In this document: positions 32,823-45,600 of the stretch, one piece after another
How positions within the stretch are numbered: position 1 is the first letter of the stretch
Layout of the letters: each line of letters begins with the position of its first letter
NCBI GenBank assembly: GCA_040954595.2
Contig: CM082580.2
Span: 4,578,783 to 4,642,782, forward strand
Direction: 5' to 3'
From: Balanoglossus misakiensis
Taxonomy: Eukaryota; Animalia; Hemichordata
DNA: 64,000 nt
Made by a program: the position numbers and the translations under genes
The notes under the pieces: generated by a model
What the model was told of the DNA's origin: nothing
Seen by the model: only the letters and a program-made list of their open reading frames with translations
The model's database searches: none

Positions 32823-35800
32823 TTAGGGTCTTTCGTTTGAATGGATTCCCTTGTGGTATTTGAGACTGCTATAATGAGTATAGGTTTTCCCACATTCACT
32901 GCATGAGAATGGTCTTTCCTTTGTATGGATCCTCATGTGTACCTTCATACTGCCAGACTGTGTAAAAGTTTTTCCACATTCACTACATGAATATGGTCTT
33001 TCATTTGAATGGATCTTCTCGTGTGTCTTCAGAGTGCTACTCTGTGTAAAAGTTTTACCACATTCACTGCATAAATATGGTCGCTCGTTTGAATGGATTC
33101 TCATGTGTACCTCTAGCTGGCGAGGATAAGCAAAACTTTTCCCACATTCACCGCATGAATGAGGTCTTTCATTTGTATGCATCTGCATGTGCACCTTCAG
33201 AGTGCCACACTGTGTAAAAGTTTTACCACATTCACTGCATAAATATGGTCTTTCATTTGAATGAATCTGCATGTGTAATTTCAGATTGCTAGGATAAGTA
33301 AAACTTTTCCCACAGTCGCTGCATGAATACGGTCTATCATTTGAATGGATCCTCATGTGGTACTTCAGACTGCAACGTGCTTTGAAACTTTTCCCACATT
33401 CATTGCATGAATAATAAGGTCGTTCATTTGAATGGATCATCATGTGGTCCTTCAGATTGCTATTCCTTGCGAAACTTTTCCCACATTCACTGCATGAATA
33501 AGGTCTTTCATTTGAATGGATGCTTATGTGGTGTTTCAGATGGCCATACTGTGTAAAAGTTTTACCACATTCACTACATAAATAAGGTCTTTCATTTGAA
33601 TGGATCCTCATGTGATGTTTCAGATGGCCATTCTGTATAAAACTTTTCCCACATTCACTGCATGAATAAGGTCTTTCATTTGAATGGATCCTCATGTGTA
33701 CGTTCAGATCCCAACGCTTTGTGAAACTTTTCCCACACTCACTGCATGAATGTTTCCCATTTGAATGGATCCTCATGTGTACCTTCAGATGGTTATTCCT
33801 TGTGAAACTTTTCCCACAGTGGCTGCATGAATATGGTCTTTCTTTTGAATGGATCCTCTTGTGGTCCTTCAGACTGCGGCGCTTTGTGAAACTTTTCCCA
33901 CATTCACTGCATGAATAAAGTTCCTCATTTGAATGGATCCTCATGTGTATTTTCAGATTTCCACGCTTTGTGAAACTTTTCCCACATTCACTGCATGAAT
34001 AAGGTGTTTTATTCGAATGGATCTTCATGTGTACCTTCAGATGGCTACTCTGTATAAAACTTTTCCCACATTTGCTGCATGAATGAGGTCTTTCATTTGA
34101 ATGGATCCTCATGTGTACCTTCAGTTGGCCATTATGTGTAAAAGTTTTACCGCATTCACTGCAAGAATATGGTCGTTCATTTGAATGGATCTTCTCGTGT
34201 TTGTTCAGATTTCCACGCTGTGTGAAACTTTTCCCACATTTGCTGCATGAATAAGGTCTTTCATTTGAATGGATCCTCATGTGTTCCTTCAGATGGCCAT
34301 TATGTGTAAAAGTTTTACCGCATTCACTACATGAATGAGGTCTTTCCTTTGAATGGATCTTCTCGTGATTCTTCAGACTGCTATCCCGAGTAAAGGTTTT
34401 ACCACATTCACTGCATGAATAAGGAGTTTTATTCGAATGAATCTTCATGTGTACCTTCAGATGGCTACTCTGTATAAAACTTTTCCCACATTTGCTGCAT
34501 GAATGAGGTCTTTCATTTGAATGGATCCTCATGTGTACCTTCAGTTGGCCATTATGTGTAAAAGTTTTACCGCATTCATTGCAAGAATATGGTCGTTCAT
34601 TTGAATGGATCTTCTCGTGTTTGTTCAGATTTCCACGCTGTGTGAAACTTTTCCCACATTTGCTGCATGAATAAGGTCTTTCATTTGAATGGATCCTCAC
34701 GTGTTCCTTCAGATGGCCACTATGTGTAAAAGTTTTACCGCATTCACTACATGAATAAGGTCGTTCATTTGAATGGATCCTCTTATGGTCCTTCAGACTG
34801 CTATTCCGAGTAAAGGTTTTACCACATTCACTACATGAATAAGGTCTTTCCTTTGAATGGATCTTCTCGTGTTTCTTCAGACTGCTATTCCGAGTAAAGG
34901 TTTTACCACATTCACTGCATGAGTAAGGTCTTTCAATTGAATGAATCTGCATGTGTACCTTCACAGGCTTCAGATCACCACTACTAACTTCATCAGGTGG
35001 GTTCTCTTCAATATGGCCATAGTGTGCCAGGGTGTTGACAATCAATGACACATCTGTTGGATGATAAAAAACATCAGGAAGGGTTAGAAAAATTGTATCA
35101 AAGGGGGGAAAAACACCTGTGTTTTTACGAAAGCAGTGTGTATGCAGATGATTGACATACAGGCAGTTAGCAGCAGTGGCCATGGTCTTTTATTGTTTGT
35201 TGTAAATGGAATACATGTAATCAGGTACTGTCACAACCAATGTAGTGCAGCTGCTACTCCATTGCAACTGGTGATTTTGTGGGAAGTTGTCTCTGGTTTG
35301 TTTCCGAGTTGGATACCATCCAAATTGCCACTTTACCATTTTGTGACAAGAGATGATTTGAATCATTCCCCCCCAAAAAACAAATTAGATCTGCTCACAG
35401 GCCATGAGCAATCACATGTCTTTTGTACCTGAGCAAAGCTAAATAAATTTTCTTGGTGGGGGGGGGGGGGGGGAGGGGGTATGTTTGACACCTTTTTTGT
35501 TCTGCGAGGTCTACATATTTTATTGCTATGAAATCCTGACAACAAAGGATGATAAAAAGTTGATCAGCCAGTGTCAAATCGAAGTTTTCAAAAATTTATC
35601 GTTCGCAGAAAGTTCTTGTTTTACAGTATGTACCGGTGTCTGTCAATGTGTAACACTTATGTCACGTAGGCTGACAGTTCTGACTAGACCTTTTTAATTA
35701 TATTGACATACCAGTGTCTCTCTTGTTGTCATATCGAAATTGCAACACGTCTGTGGGTAAATTTTATAATCTTGGAGCTTAGTTATTTGTATGTCTAGGT

Positions 35801-37388
35801 TGCATAGGTCATGCCTTATTTCAAGCTTGCAAGCCTTGCCCAATATCATTTACATATTAATACTGCCAATTTTTACGTAATTATGGTCAGAAATATGTGA
35901 AATATGCATTTTCTATTAACAGGAGCTCAAATTTTATCAACAAGACCAAATGGTCTCAGTATTTGGTGCCAGCCTTGACTTGTAAGTTATATTGAGACGA
36001 GCATCTCTCCAATGCTCTATTGAAAACAACACGGCCGTAAAGAACTGCACACTGTGCATGTCTATCATGTACACTTCAATGTTATGCTGAATGTGGTGCA
36101 GTTACGGGTATAGATTGACGCAAACCAGGATGAGAAACAAATAGCAAAACTTAACTGTACGCTTACTTACCATCAGAAGATTCAGTGCCATCATCACAGC
36201 GATGCCTTACTTCATCAAGTGATGTTTCCAACAGTCTGCCAAGTTCATGTAATATATTTGAACTTCTGTACTGCCCACACACTTCAGAACATTCTGGAAT
36301 AATAAGGCATGAGCATAAAATATGGTGTGTGCCGGAGTGAACAGCAGCTTATATTGTCAGTCCGTTTACTTGTATGTGCCACGCATAGGTTTTGCAGACA
36401 ACGTCTATGAAATAACCTGGACTCATTTGCTGTACAATGTATTATTATTTTGTGTAAGTATACTTGAAATTTCGACTGGGAATTAACAGCTGGAAGCCAT
36501 TCAGATTCTGCATGCTTGGCAGGGGGGGGGGTGCTCAATAATTTTGGAGTTTCTAGTAAAATAACCACCACACCCCTCCCCCAAGGCCGTAAATAATGAT
36601 GATTATATTATACCAGTAATTGATGGTGTAAATCACGCTATTTTATTGGTCGAGACACGACACGTGACCGTGATTCGTCATATACCCCAGTCATATATCA
36701 TAGTCAAAGAAAATGCCTTATTAAAATGTTTTATGCAAAGTTTCAATATACTGGCATAATATAATAGCAATAAAACACCCGCAGCCATGGTATACCACTC
36801 GATTTTGACCAGTTCAACTCCATATACGCACTCGCTATCGCTCGTGCGTATATGTCTTGAACTGGTCAAAATCTCGTGGTATACCATGGCTGCGGGTGTT
36901 TTATTGCTTAATTTTTCTATAAATTGATAAGTTTCCAAGTGAACACATTTTCTCAGTAGGCAACCAATCACAGCACCGATACTCTAAATTACAGCGGACA
37001 ACTTGGGATAATTCGGAAGTGGATAGGGCATGTAGAAAGCGTAGTCCTTCACAAGAAATTGCCGCAAAACACACAGAAGATCATTTTAAATCGGCAAAGT
37101 GAATAGCACTGGATTTTGACATGGAATGGATGGTACATGTATCAACACCAGATCCCATGTATCGATGCCATTTTGCTTTTTTGCGAACTTCGAAATGCGC
37201 GTGTCGAATATACTGTACTGTAAACAATAATATTTTGATCTAAACAGAAAAACATGCAATGACATATACATACCAGCACTTGTCAAGTGTTTGCAATTTA
37301 GAAATAAACTATTTGATAGTGTGTCCTCCCGGCCCTGGTTTCCAATTGTCGTCGACAATCCACTATGCAGCGCGTTCGCTTCCTCCAT
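32823..37388 (-). CDS. C2H2 zinc-finger gene C, 3 coding exons, 25 fingers
   Basis: Exons 37388-37274, 36293-36171, 35053-32823; same intron phases as genes A and B. Confidence 0.9.
36603..36911 (-). mobile_element. Full-length copy of hairpin element family H1 in reverse orientation
   Basis: Reverse complement matches 30427-30740 closely. Confidence 0.9.
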
Positions 37389-38710
37389 TTTTAATTTACG
37401 ATGTGGCGAGAGGTTAAAGGTCATGAGGTCGGTGAATCGCGCCACCTAGCGGACGGGGTGGAAACTGGCACAGATCATAGACAGTACTGTCTATGCTGCG
37501 ACTAAGCTTTCCAAAACTGATGAAGGTGTCGCTTTCCAAAACTGATGAAGGTCTGAGTCGTGAGGGGTTTGTACTTTGTTACACGTCGATCGCGCATATG
37601 GCTTAGACAATTTTCCACATGTCTCTCAAATGCATGCAATGGGAGAGTTTCTCGAAGAAATAAGACTGGAATCCAGACCGCTATGTTGTTTCAGTGTGCG
37701 GGCTCTCTCTTTAAAAAAAACGGTCTGGATTCCAGTAAGGCTGTCGAGTGCTGCAGAGATCGTCGCAAAAGAAGTTAGGTAAAATACTGCTTTACTACCA
37801 TCTGAATCAAACTACATGTATAACGTAGTAACACCACAAGCTCGAGAGAGAGTGAGGCCCTTACATCGGGATAGAGTGAGCTAACCCGAAAGCACAAAAA
37901 AAAACGAGTTATACAGGTATGTGAAGAAAAAAATACACCTGTCCATAACAAAATGATCAATCACACGTAAGCTTACACGCAAAAATCATGTTGTAAAACC
38001 ATGGCTTTATACAGACATTTGGCAAGATTCCTTAAAACTGTTGCTGTATTTGACCTCATCGGGTCAAAAAACTTATAAGGCAACAGGTGCCTTTTTGAGA
38101 AACCAAATGCAACATGCACGAACATCACGTAATTCAAAATTTTAAAAAGAAGAAAATACTCATTGATTAAATTCTAAACTATCATTTTTTTTCTGAATTG
38201 TAGATCGCCGAACTATGCCAGGTTTCATTGCTTTTGGCCGATGGCATTTATACCAGCCATACCAAAGTAATACCTAAAACACGTCACTATGGTCGATAAA
38301 AACTACGTTCTGTTTTGACAGAGAGCATTTGCCTTACTTTGTTAGTGTAAAAAGTAGCACAGTCGATGCATTGTGGCAATGTTAGTATTTAGTTATAAGC
38401 AGTAAGTAGCATGAAGAAAATCACCACTTCATGGGGAATGTTCAGCTATCCATGAGAGTCAATTATCAGTGGTAAAAAAGTAATGAAAAGGTCATCTCCC
38501 CACCGTAAATGCAGCAAAAATCTAGTAACTGCAACTGCAGTATGTAGGTACTATTCGACAACATCATGGATGACCGGGCATCGGGTCATCGGTCATCTAT
38601 AGTAAAGCCGTCCCTGACGAGCAAATGTTTGGAGTGGGTGGCTAAAAAATGTCCTGTTCCCGGTATAATAAAAATGCCCTTGTCTTTTTCTTATTGATGG
38701 GTATTTCCGG

Positions 38711-39122
38711 TGTTGTGCCGAATTCGGCCCCGTGCCGATTACGTCCCGCGCATGCTCGGGTCATCAGTAACATGTGTCTGAAATATTGCATTTTCTTGTG
38801 TGAAAGATTTGCCATCCAACGTGCATGTAAGGCTGTGCATGAATGTACATTGTACTGCACTGTAAACTTGGACATTGCATTACCGCAAGGATTTAATTTC
38901 ATTCCACCAACAAATCAGGGCCATGGGCAGATATTCACCCATTTAGGCCGAAACCATCACTTTTAGCTTTCAACAGTTAACATGACTTTAGTTGGGGTCT
39001 TAATCGGCACTGGGGCTGAAATCAGCTGCTTTACCTGTCGATCTTATCCCTTAGAAGCCATGGTTTGTTTGTCAAGGCATGCGCGGGGACGTATTCGGCA
39101 TGGGGCCGAATTCGGCACAACA
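38711..39122. mobile_element. 412-bp non-autonomous Ginger1-type element (TGT...ACA termini, CCGG TSD)
   Basis: ~45-bp TIR TGTTGTGCCGAATTCGGCCCC..., flanked by CCGG at 38707-38710 and 39123-39126. TGTNR termini with a CCGG TSD are the known Ginger1 signature. Confidence 0.8.
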
Positions 39123-39697
39123 CCGGGTTTCCTTACACAGTCAGTCATCGCCCGTTCTACGCGCAAGTTTCCGGGATTTCCTCCCTACGTCATAGACCAG
39201 GCCTGTCAATCACAATCTAAACGGCCCCGCCTTCCAGCGTTCGTGACAGGCCTGGCTTCAAAGCTCAGTGGTTTACGTGTGCCTCACGTGAACAGATTTG
39301 AGCTCTTGATGATTTCCTTGATCCATGTATTTACAGCTGAAACGTCCAGGTAGAATCGAAATCGTTGAATCCTGGGTGCTTCCATATAATTTAGCCCCGC
39401 CCCTTTCGATGACTCATCATCAACACGTCACAAGGTGGCGTTTTTAAGTTCCCATGATTCTCCATTATACGCATGCGTACACTCCACACGTCCTTCCTGG
39501 CCATTTTGGGGAAAGCCACGATGACATCATAACATATTTTCACGCCAAAATAACTTCCACCTCCTTCAGTTATATCGCGACAAAACCAAGAAGACGGATA
39601 CCTGAATGCTTCAACTTCACAGTGAACCGGTTTTGTAGAAAAAGCTCTGTATATATATTTTTATATTTTACCAGACAGTTCGTTTACGGTATGTGCA

Positions 39698-42600
39698 ATG
39701 GGTGTACTGCTGGCAAAGTTATGGAGGCTATTCTCAAACGAAGGTACGTATTATTGCTCCGTATTCAGTTCGAAGGATGTTTCCCTCGAGCTGTCGATAT
39801 TTTTCGCGTTTCGTTGTATTTCATTTCCATGTACGTCGCTCAGAAATGTTAAATCCGTGTGTAGGGGAGCGCCTGTTGGCATGTCTGGTTTCCTCAGCTC
39901 TGCTCCGGTGAACGTCTTGAAGGAAACAATGAAACAAAGACTTGTCGACAACAAGTGACCGACGTTTTGTTTACCCACATTACCGTTATATTCACATGAG
40001 AAACCATACATACATGGTTGAGAACGGACTAAACGTTGATCAGTTTAAATATTCAAACATTGACTGAGTTTATTCTTGGCATCTGTGAGAAAATAGTCGC
40101 CCAAAAGTTTAAGAATATCGTTTTCGAAGAATCAAAGGCCTGGTGTGTATACAGTATGTTGACGTAATGGGAAATGGCGACAACAACAAAGACGATTGAC
40201 GTATTTGATACGAAGGTCAAACTGGGGCAGTTGTACGGATCCGATATCATCCAGCCCAATCGATAGTGTTTCCTGTAACTATTATAGTATTGTATGCCTA
40301 GGCTATCTAGTGCCTTTAAACTCCTGGGCTCTTTGTTCTTATGAATTGCTGGTTACAGTTAAACAGAATAGAATGGTATTGGTAAGCCCAGTTGTCACAC
40401 TTCAGTTACGTAACTTTGACACTTATCATGTGTGGGTTACTGTGAGACTGGACTTGTACGGCTAGCTGCAGCTGACAGACTGACCGACCGACCGGCTGTG
40501 CTCAGTCATTCAGAAATCCACCTAACTATGTAGACGTCACCAGTGAATGGATTTGTATAAATGGGGCATTGTTATACAACAGTGATTTGCTTACAGTACT
40601 TCCGAAGCAACACATGTCCCCTATAGCAATAGCTTGACGTCAGTAGGGCTTTATATTACCATTTCATGTAAGACCGCCATTGCTGAACCAAGGTGACAGT
40701 TCAATGTGTATCCTAAATTGTGTGGCTGTATCAAGCTGGTGTTCACTTTGTTTGTAAAACATAATGGAAATATTACCATAAAATACACGAGTTCAGTTTC
40801 TCGTACAGGGTCTTTCTGTACACTACAGCACAATAGTGACAGTAGAAAACAAGGTCATGATTATGACAAATTGGTTACATAAGCTTGTTATTATATGTTC
40901 AATTGAATTGGAGGTCATACATCATTGCTGGGCAATTTACATGTACTTGTCAAACCATTTTGCATTTTGTTATCAGTAATTGACTACCCACAGAAATGTG
41001 TAGGAATCTACTTCGAATATTCACATCATGGTCGGTTGAGACTTTCTTCAAAATGTGAAGTTCTGTAGCCATAAATCAAATCAAGGTTTGATGCAACTAA
41101 AATTGAATTTGTTGAAAAAAAAACCTGAAATTTGAATTTTCTCAGGATATAAGAATATGTTGATTAGTCTTGTCTATTACCCAAATGAAATAGCTACAGT
41201 AGTAAGTAATGTAATAGTGGACGAAATAAACATGCTGAAAATACAATGTAACTCAAATAGAAACGGCATGGTCAGGTTGAATAGGTGCTATCCTTATCTT
41301 TGTTCTCACATTGAAAAGTGTAGACAGCGGGGGCCAGAGTTGAAGTACTGTGTCAATAGACTATCGACTCTCGCCAGGTCAGGGTAAAGAATGTTGAGTT
41401 GTTGTTGGGATACATTGCACATTCAACAGGTATGTCAAACACACATGGCAGATGCGTGTACACATTGTACATGTACATGACCTTGAAAATATGCTTGGAG
41501 TATAAATCAAATGTATGCATTAACAAAAGAGGTACTGCTTTGAGTTTGTGAAAACGTTTTCATGATTCACACGAGCTGAAGCAATCATCAGAAGAACAGT
41601 GTACTAATAGTAATACAAAACTAGAATAGCCCGTGGACATAAATCCAAGGTAAAATGTAGGGTACTGTAGAGACACAGCCATGAGAAACAAGGTTCAGTA
41701 TGTGTAACATTTTATTGTAAGTTTGGGGTGCAAAATATCACTCGCTCACTGTTTTATCTAGACGGGAGGATGACAGGATTCACCCCCTGTTGACATGTTG
41801 GCAACCCCTAGCAATTTGTCAAGGGGGACCAAAGGTACAGTATGGTATTTGTAGTCTCTGAGACCTGTTGTTTTATTGGAGAAGGCCTGGTTGGTGTAGT
41901 AGAAACATTTATTTCCTAAACGTGACCTTAAATTGTGTGAAGTATAAAGTCAACATGCTTTCCATTTAAGTACTTCCTCAGCTGCAGGCCTTGTATTTCT
42001 TACCAGCTCACAGGAAGCAGCCTTGAGTGTCTCCCAGCATTTTCTGTGGAGCCAAATTTACTATGGTGTGCTTGGACAGAGAGGAAATCTTTATAAATCA
42101 GAAGTGAGAAAATTGAGTCATGAATTATAGAACAGGTCATTTACATTCAAGCTGACAAATATGGTGTTTTTTCTTGGAACGCGCTGGCTGAAATATTTCT
42201 GTGTTGTACAACTTTTGACCGTTACAGTGATGTGTCAAAAACCTCAGACATGGTGCGGTGCTCACTTTATACACATGCTCTCTGAAGTGAAGTGATGGCT
42301 CAGAAAAGAAAGACAACTCTCAGTGTGTTTTATTGGTGTGTGGTGCTTTTGTCAAAGAGAGTTCAATACGGTCAGACAAGCTCAGTCCGACTGGCTTGCT
42401 TTAGTAGGATAGATACATGTACGTGTATGTTCTAAAATGCAGCTGTCTTTTCACAAATATTTATCACAGCCTCTCTGACAAGACCCACGGGGAGAAAACT
42501 ACTCGTGGTATGCTAACACTACAGAACAATGTATTTTCATACATGTATACATGCAGCCGCATTGCATATTTACATTCATTATACTGTAGGACAATGGCAC

Positions 42601-45600
42601 ATTAGTCCTTGAAAAAAGAGTATAATCAGTAGTGTATCAGCCATAGTTCTATGGGTTGTCATGAAAGGGGTGCAGTGTGGTATGTTATTATTCATTTCAA
42701 GGCTGTTTGATCAAAAAGTGACAATGGCGTTAATTATATCACTGGAACTCGTCAGTATTTCCACTGTTATGAAATATACTTCTGTGTCATACCAGACATT
42801 TTCAAACTACTGTTTCGAGGTCTAAACTTCCTAGTTTCTGATTCATAGAATCTTGAACTAAACTCTTTATCGAGTCCAGACAGCCAAAGATTCTTCTTCA
42901 TGCAACATTCCATCCACTTACTGGGCTGAATGAACAGCAGGAGACGAGTTGAAATGTCTTGTTGTGTGTTTCTTTTCAGCAAGTTGAGACAATGATAGTA
43001 TTTTCTGAAATTGTGTGTTTCATTGCAAAAATATATATCCGGACAAAAATGATTGCACTGGTTTGTGTAAGCTTGCCCAGATTTTGCACATTTATTATTG
43101 CGGACAGGAATTCAGTTGGGGTTTCTTTGAAAACTACAAATTGATAACAGTTGAAAGCTATGCTATTACATGTTGACATTTGCCTGACGTTTGTATTGAT
43201 ATTGAATGTATTATCTTCATCATTCATAGCATACTCCTGGGTATAAGTCTGGGATTTCCATGTTGAGTATTGGGTATTTGAGACAAATTAATGGGAAAAT
43301 GTTGCTCCAACTGTCACCCCATGATCCCTCGGTAGAAAGTGTTTACAACAGAATCAAAGGAACACATTCTCACTGGGCGTGCACAATTTATTCTTGACCT
43401 TTTGGAGAGAAGTCGCTGTGAGTCTGCAGTGTTCTCTCCCCCAGGTCATTTGGAGTCATACAGTGCAGCTTAGGAATAGCTTTCCAATTTGCTAACAACT
43501 TGTTGACGCAGTGTTTTTAATGGGTCAGCATTTGTTAACCTGAGCGTTAACCTGCGTTAACTTGTGCGTTAACTTGTGTGTTGCAACAGTGTTACAAAGG
43601 TGTGAAACAGCTCACCCACTTGGCATTGTTTGCAGTTAGCGCCTAATGCACATTATTTAACTGACGCCACCCACGCACCCTATTAATTGACACATTGTTT
43701 CAATGCTTTTGTTAGGTCAACACAGCACATAAACTTATACATTGTTTCTATCAAAGGTTCATTACAATGGTGACTCCCTGTGTGAAATCAGTGACACCAA
43801 GAATTCTAGTTGCATGAGTAGTTTGTGGTGTTCTTTTTTCATGTACAGGTTAAAAATTCTCTTGTGACTTGTGGAATCACAACATGTCCTTCACTAGGGC
43901 AAAATGAGTGAATGGCCATGCAGTCATGTACGTTTGTAAATACACACACACTCTCTGCCACACACATCACACACACACACAACTAACTGGCATGAAAAAG
44001 TAAAAACAGCCAACAAAGACAGTTGTTTTAAACAGTATTAAAGGATGTACGGTAATCAATCCTTCGATTCCACCAGGAAAAAATAATTATTCTTTACAAA
44101 AAGACGAAACAATGGGGTAAAAATGAGTCAAAGTGCCAGAACGACCCCTCGGACATTTATGCAAATTAGGTTCAAATAGGCTTCATGGTGCGATTGAAAA
44201 TCAACAACACATTTCGCCAACTTGTCCCATTTGTTGTTCCACATCAAATGAATGGAAGATCCGAGAAAATCCACACTTTTCCAGTTTTTGCAGAGTCATC
44301 CTATAAGTATAAGCGCTACTATGGTACCGCTTACAGCTTTGAAACCAGTGGGAATATACTACGTAGTAAAAGCATACCAGGATGTGGGTGGGAACACGCT
44401 TTGAGTTGGTCCCTTGGGACAAAGACGTTTTTAATTTATTCACGCACAGGGATGTATTTTTAGCCAGACAATGGCAAGACCTAGTTGCCTAGCAATTATC
44501 GCCATGAACTTTGCTACAAGTTTCACTATCACTTCCACTGGGCGTCTCAATTTTTTCAGCAGAGCCCCAGCTGCAGTAAGTTCCGACTACCTCAAGGTTT
44601 TGCCTGTAGGTTTTGGGGCACCACATTTTACTATTGACCATCAGCAACAAGGCACATTGACAGTTGACTAAGCAAGGTGCTAAACATCGCTCTTTTCAGA
44701 GGGGTAATTTTACACGCAAGCTCATTAGAAACTGCCACTTGTATCCCCTCAATTTTCAGCCACCCCCCTGTTACAAAATGACCCCTTTCCTTAATTAACT
44801 ATTCACGCCTGATTTGAGGTCAGACAAGGGTCATTCATTCATGGCTGTTTGAGGGGGCTTACGTTTAGCAATAGGCGAAATTTTAGGGGTTGTAAAATAA
44901 TTAATTATCAGAAAAATAGTGGGTGGACGAACTAAGAGTAATTGATCATTTTATGGGTCAATTTTTACATTCTTGACGCACCCTATTGTTTTGACACACC
45001 CGTTAAAGGCAAGCCTATTAGGTGCTAATGGCCTACCATTAGAGCGTCAATAGGATGCTGACCTGTGCGTTTAAAGGCGTTTAAACAGAGTTGACGCAGC
45101 GTTTAAACAGAGTTGACGCAGTGTTTAAATGGAGCTGACCCAGTGTTGGTGCAGTTGGAAAGCTATTCCTAAGCTGCACTGTAGTTGTTTCTCACAGGAA
45201 GCAACGCAGATGTGGTAGATGCAAGCTTGTGATGGCCAGGAGTGGCCACACTCTTGATACATGTGTACAGTGTACAAATGTATATCAATGCATTTATTTA
45301 AATGGGTGACAGAAATGTTACAGGGGTCAGTAGAACTTGGAGGTATCTTTAATTTTCCAAAGTGTGGTGTAAAGGTGCAAGCTAGAAATATTGATATCAT
45401 GAAGTGACAAATTATTTATTTATTTATTAGGGGGGTCTGTCTCAACTACTTTTATTTGAATATCACATGTACCTCATACTTGCTCTCACACGCTACATGC
45501 AAGATCAGAACTGTTGATGTCTTCTGATCTTTTGCAATGTGATGATTAAACAACATATTAAATTTGGATTAGCTCACATTTTGCACGGTGCTGATAGTTT

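Larger units (their letters stand above)
23760..33550. repeat. Recent tandem segmental duplication, period ~5.1-5.2 kb
   Basis: ~23760-28400 aligns almost base for base with ~28950-33550, including introns and intergenic DNA; offsets are 5118 at the ATGs and 5113 at the stops. Confidence 0.95.

Noticed and set aside
21939-35053. 84-bp periodic repeats with variable segments, resembling a repeat-spacer array
   Set aside because: Fully explained as C2H2 finger-coding units.
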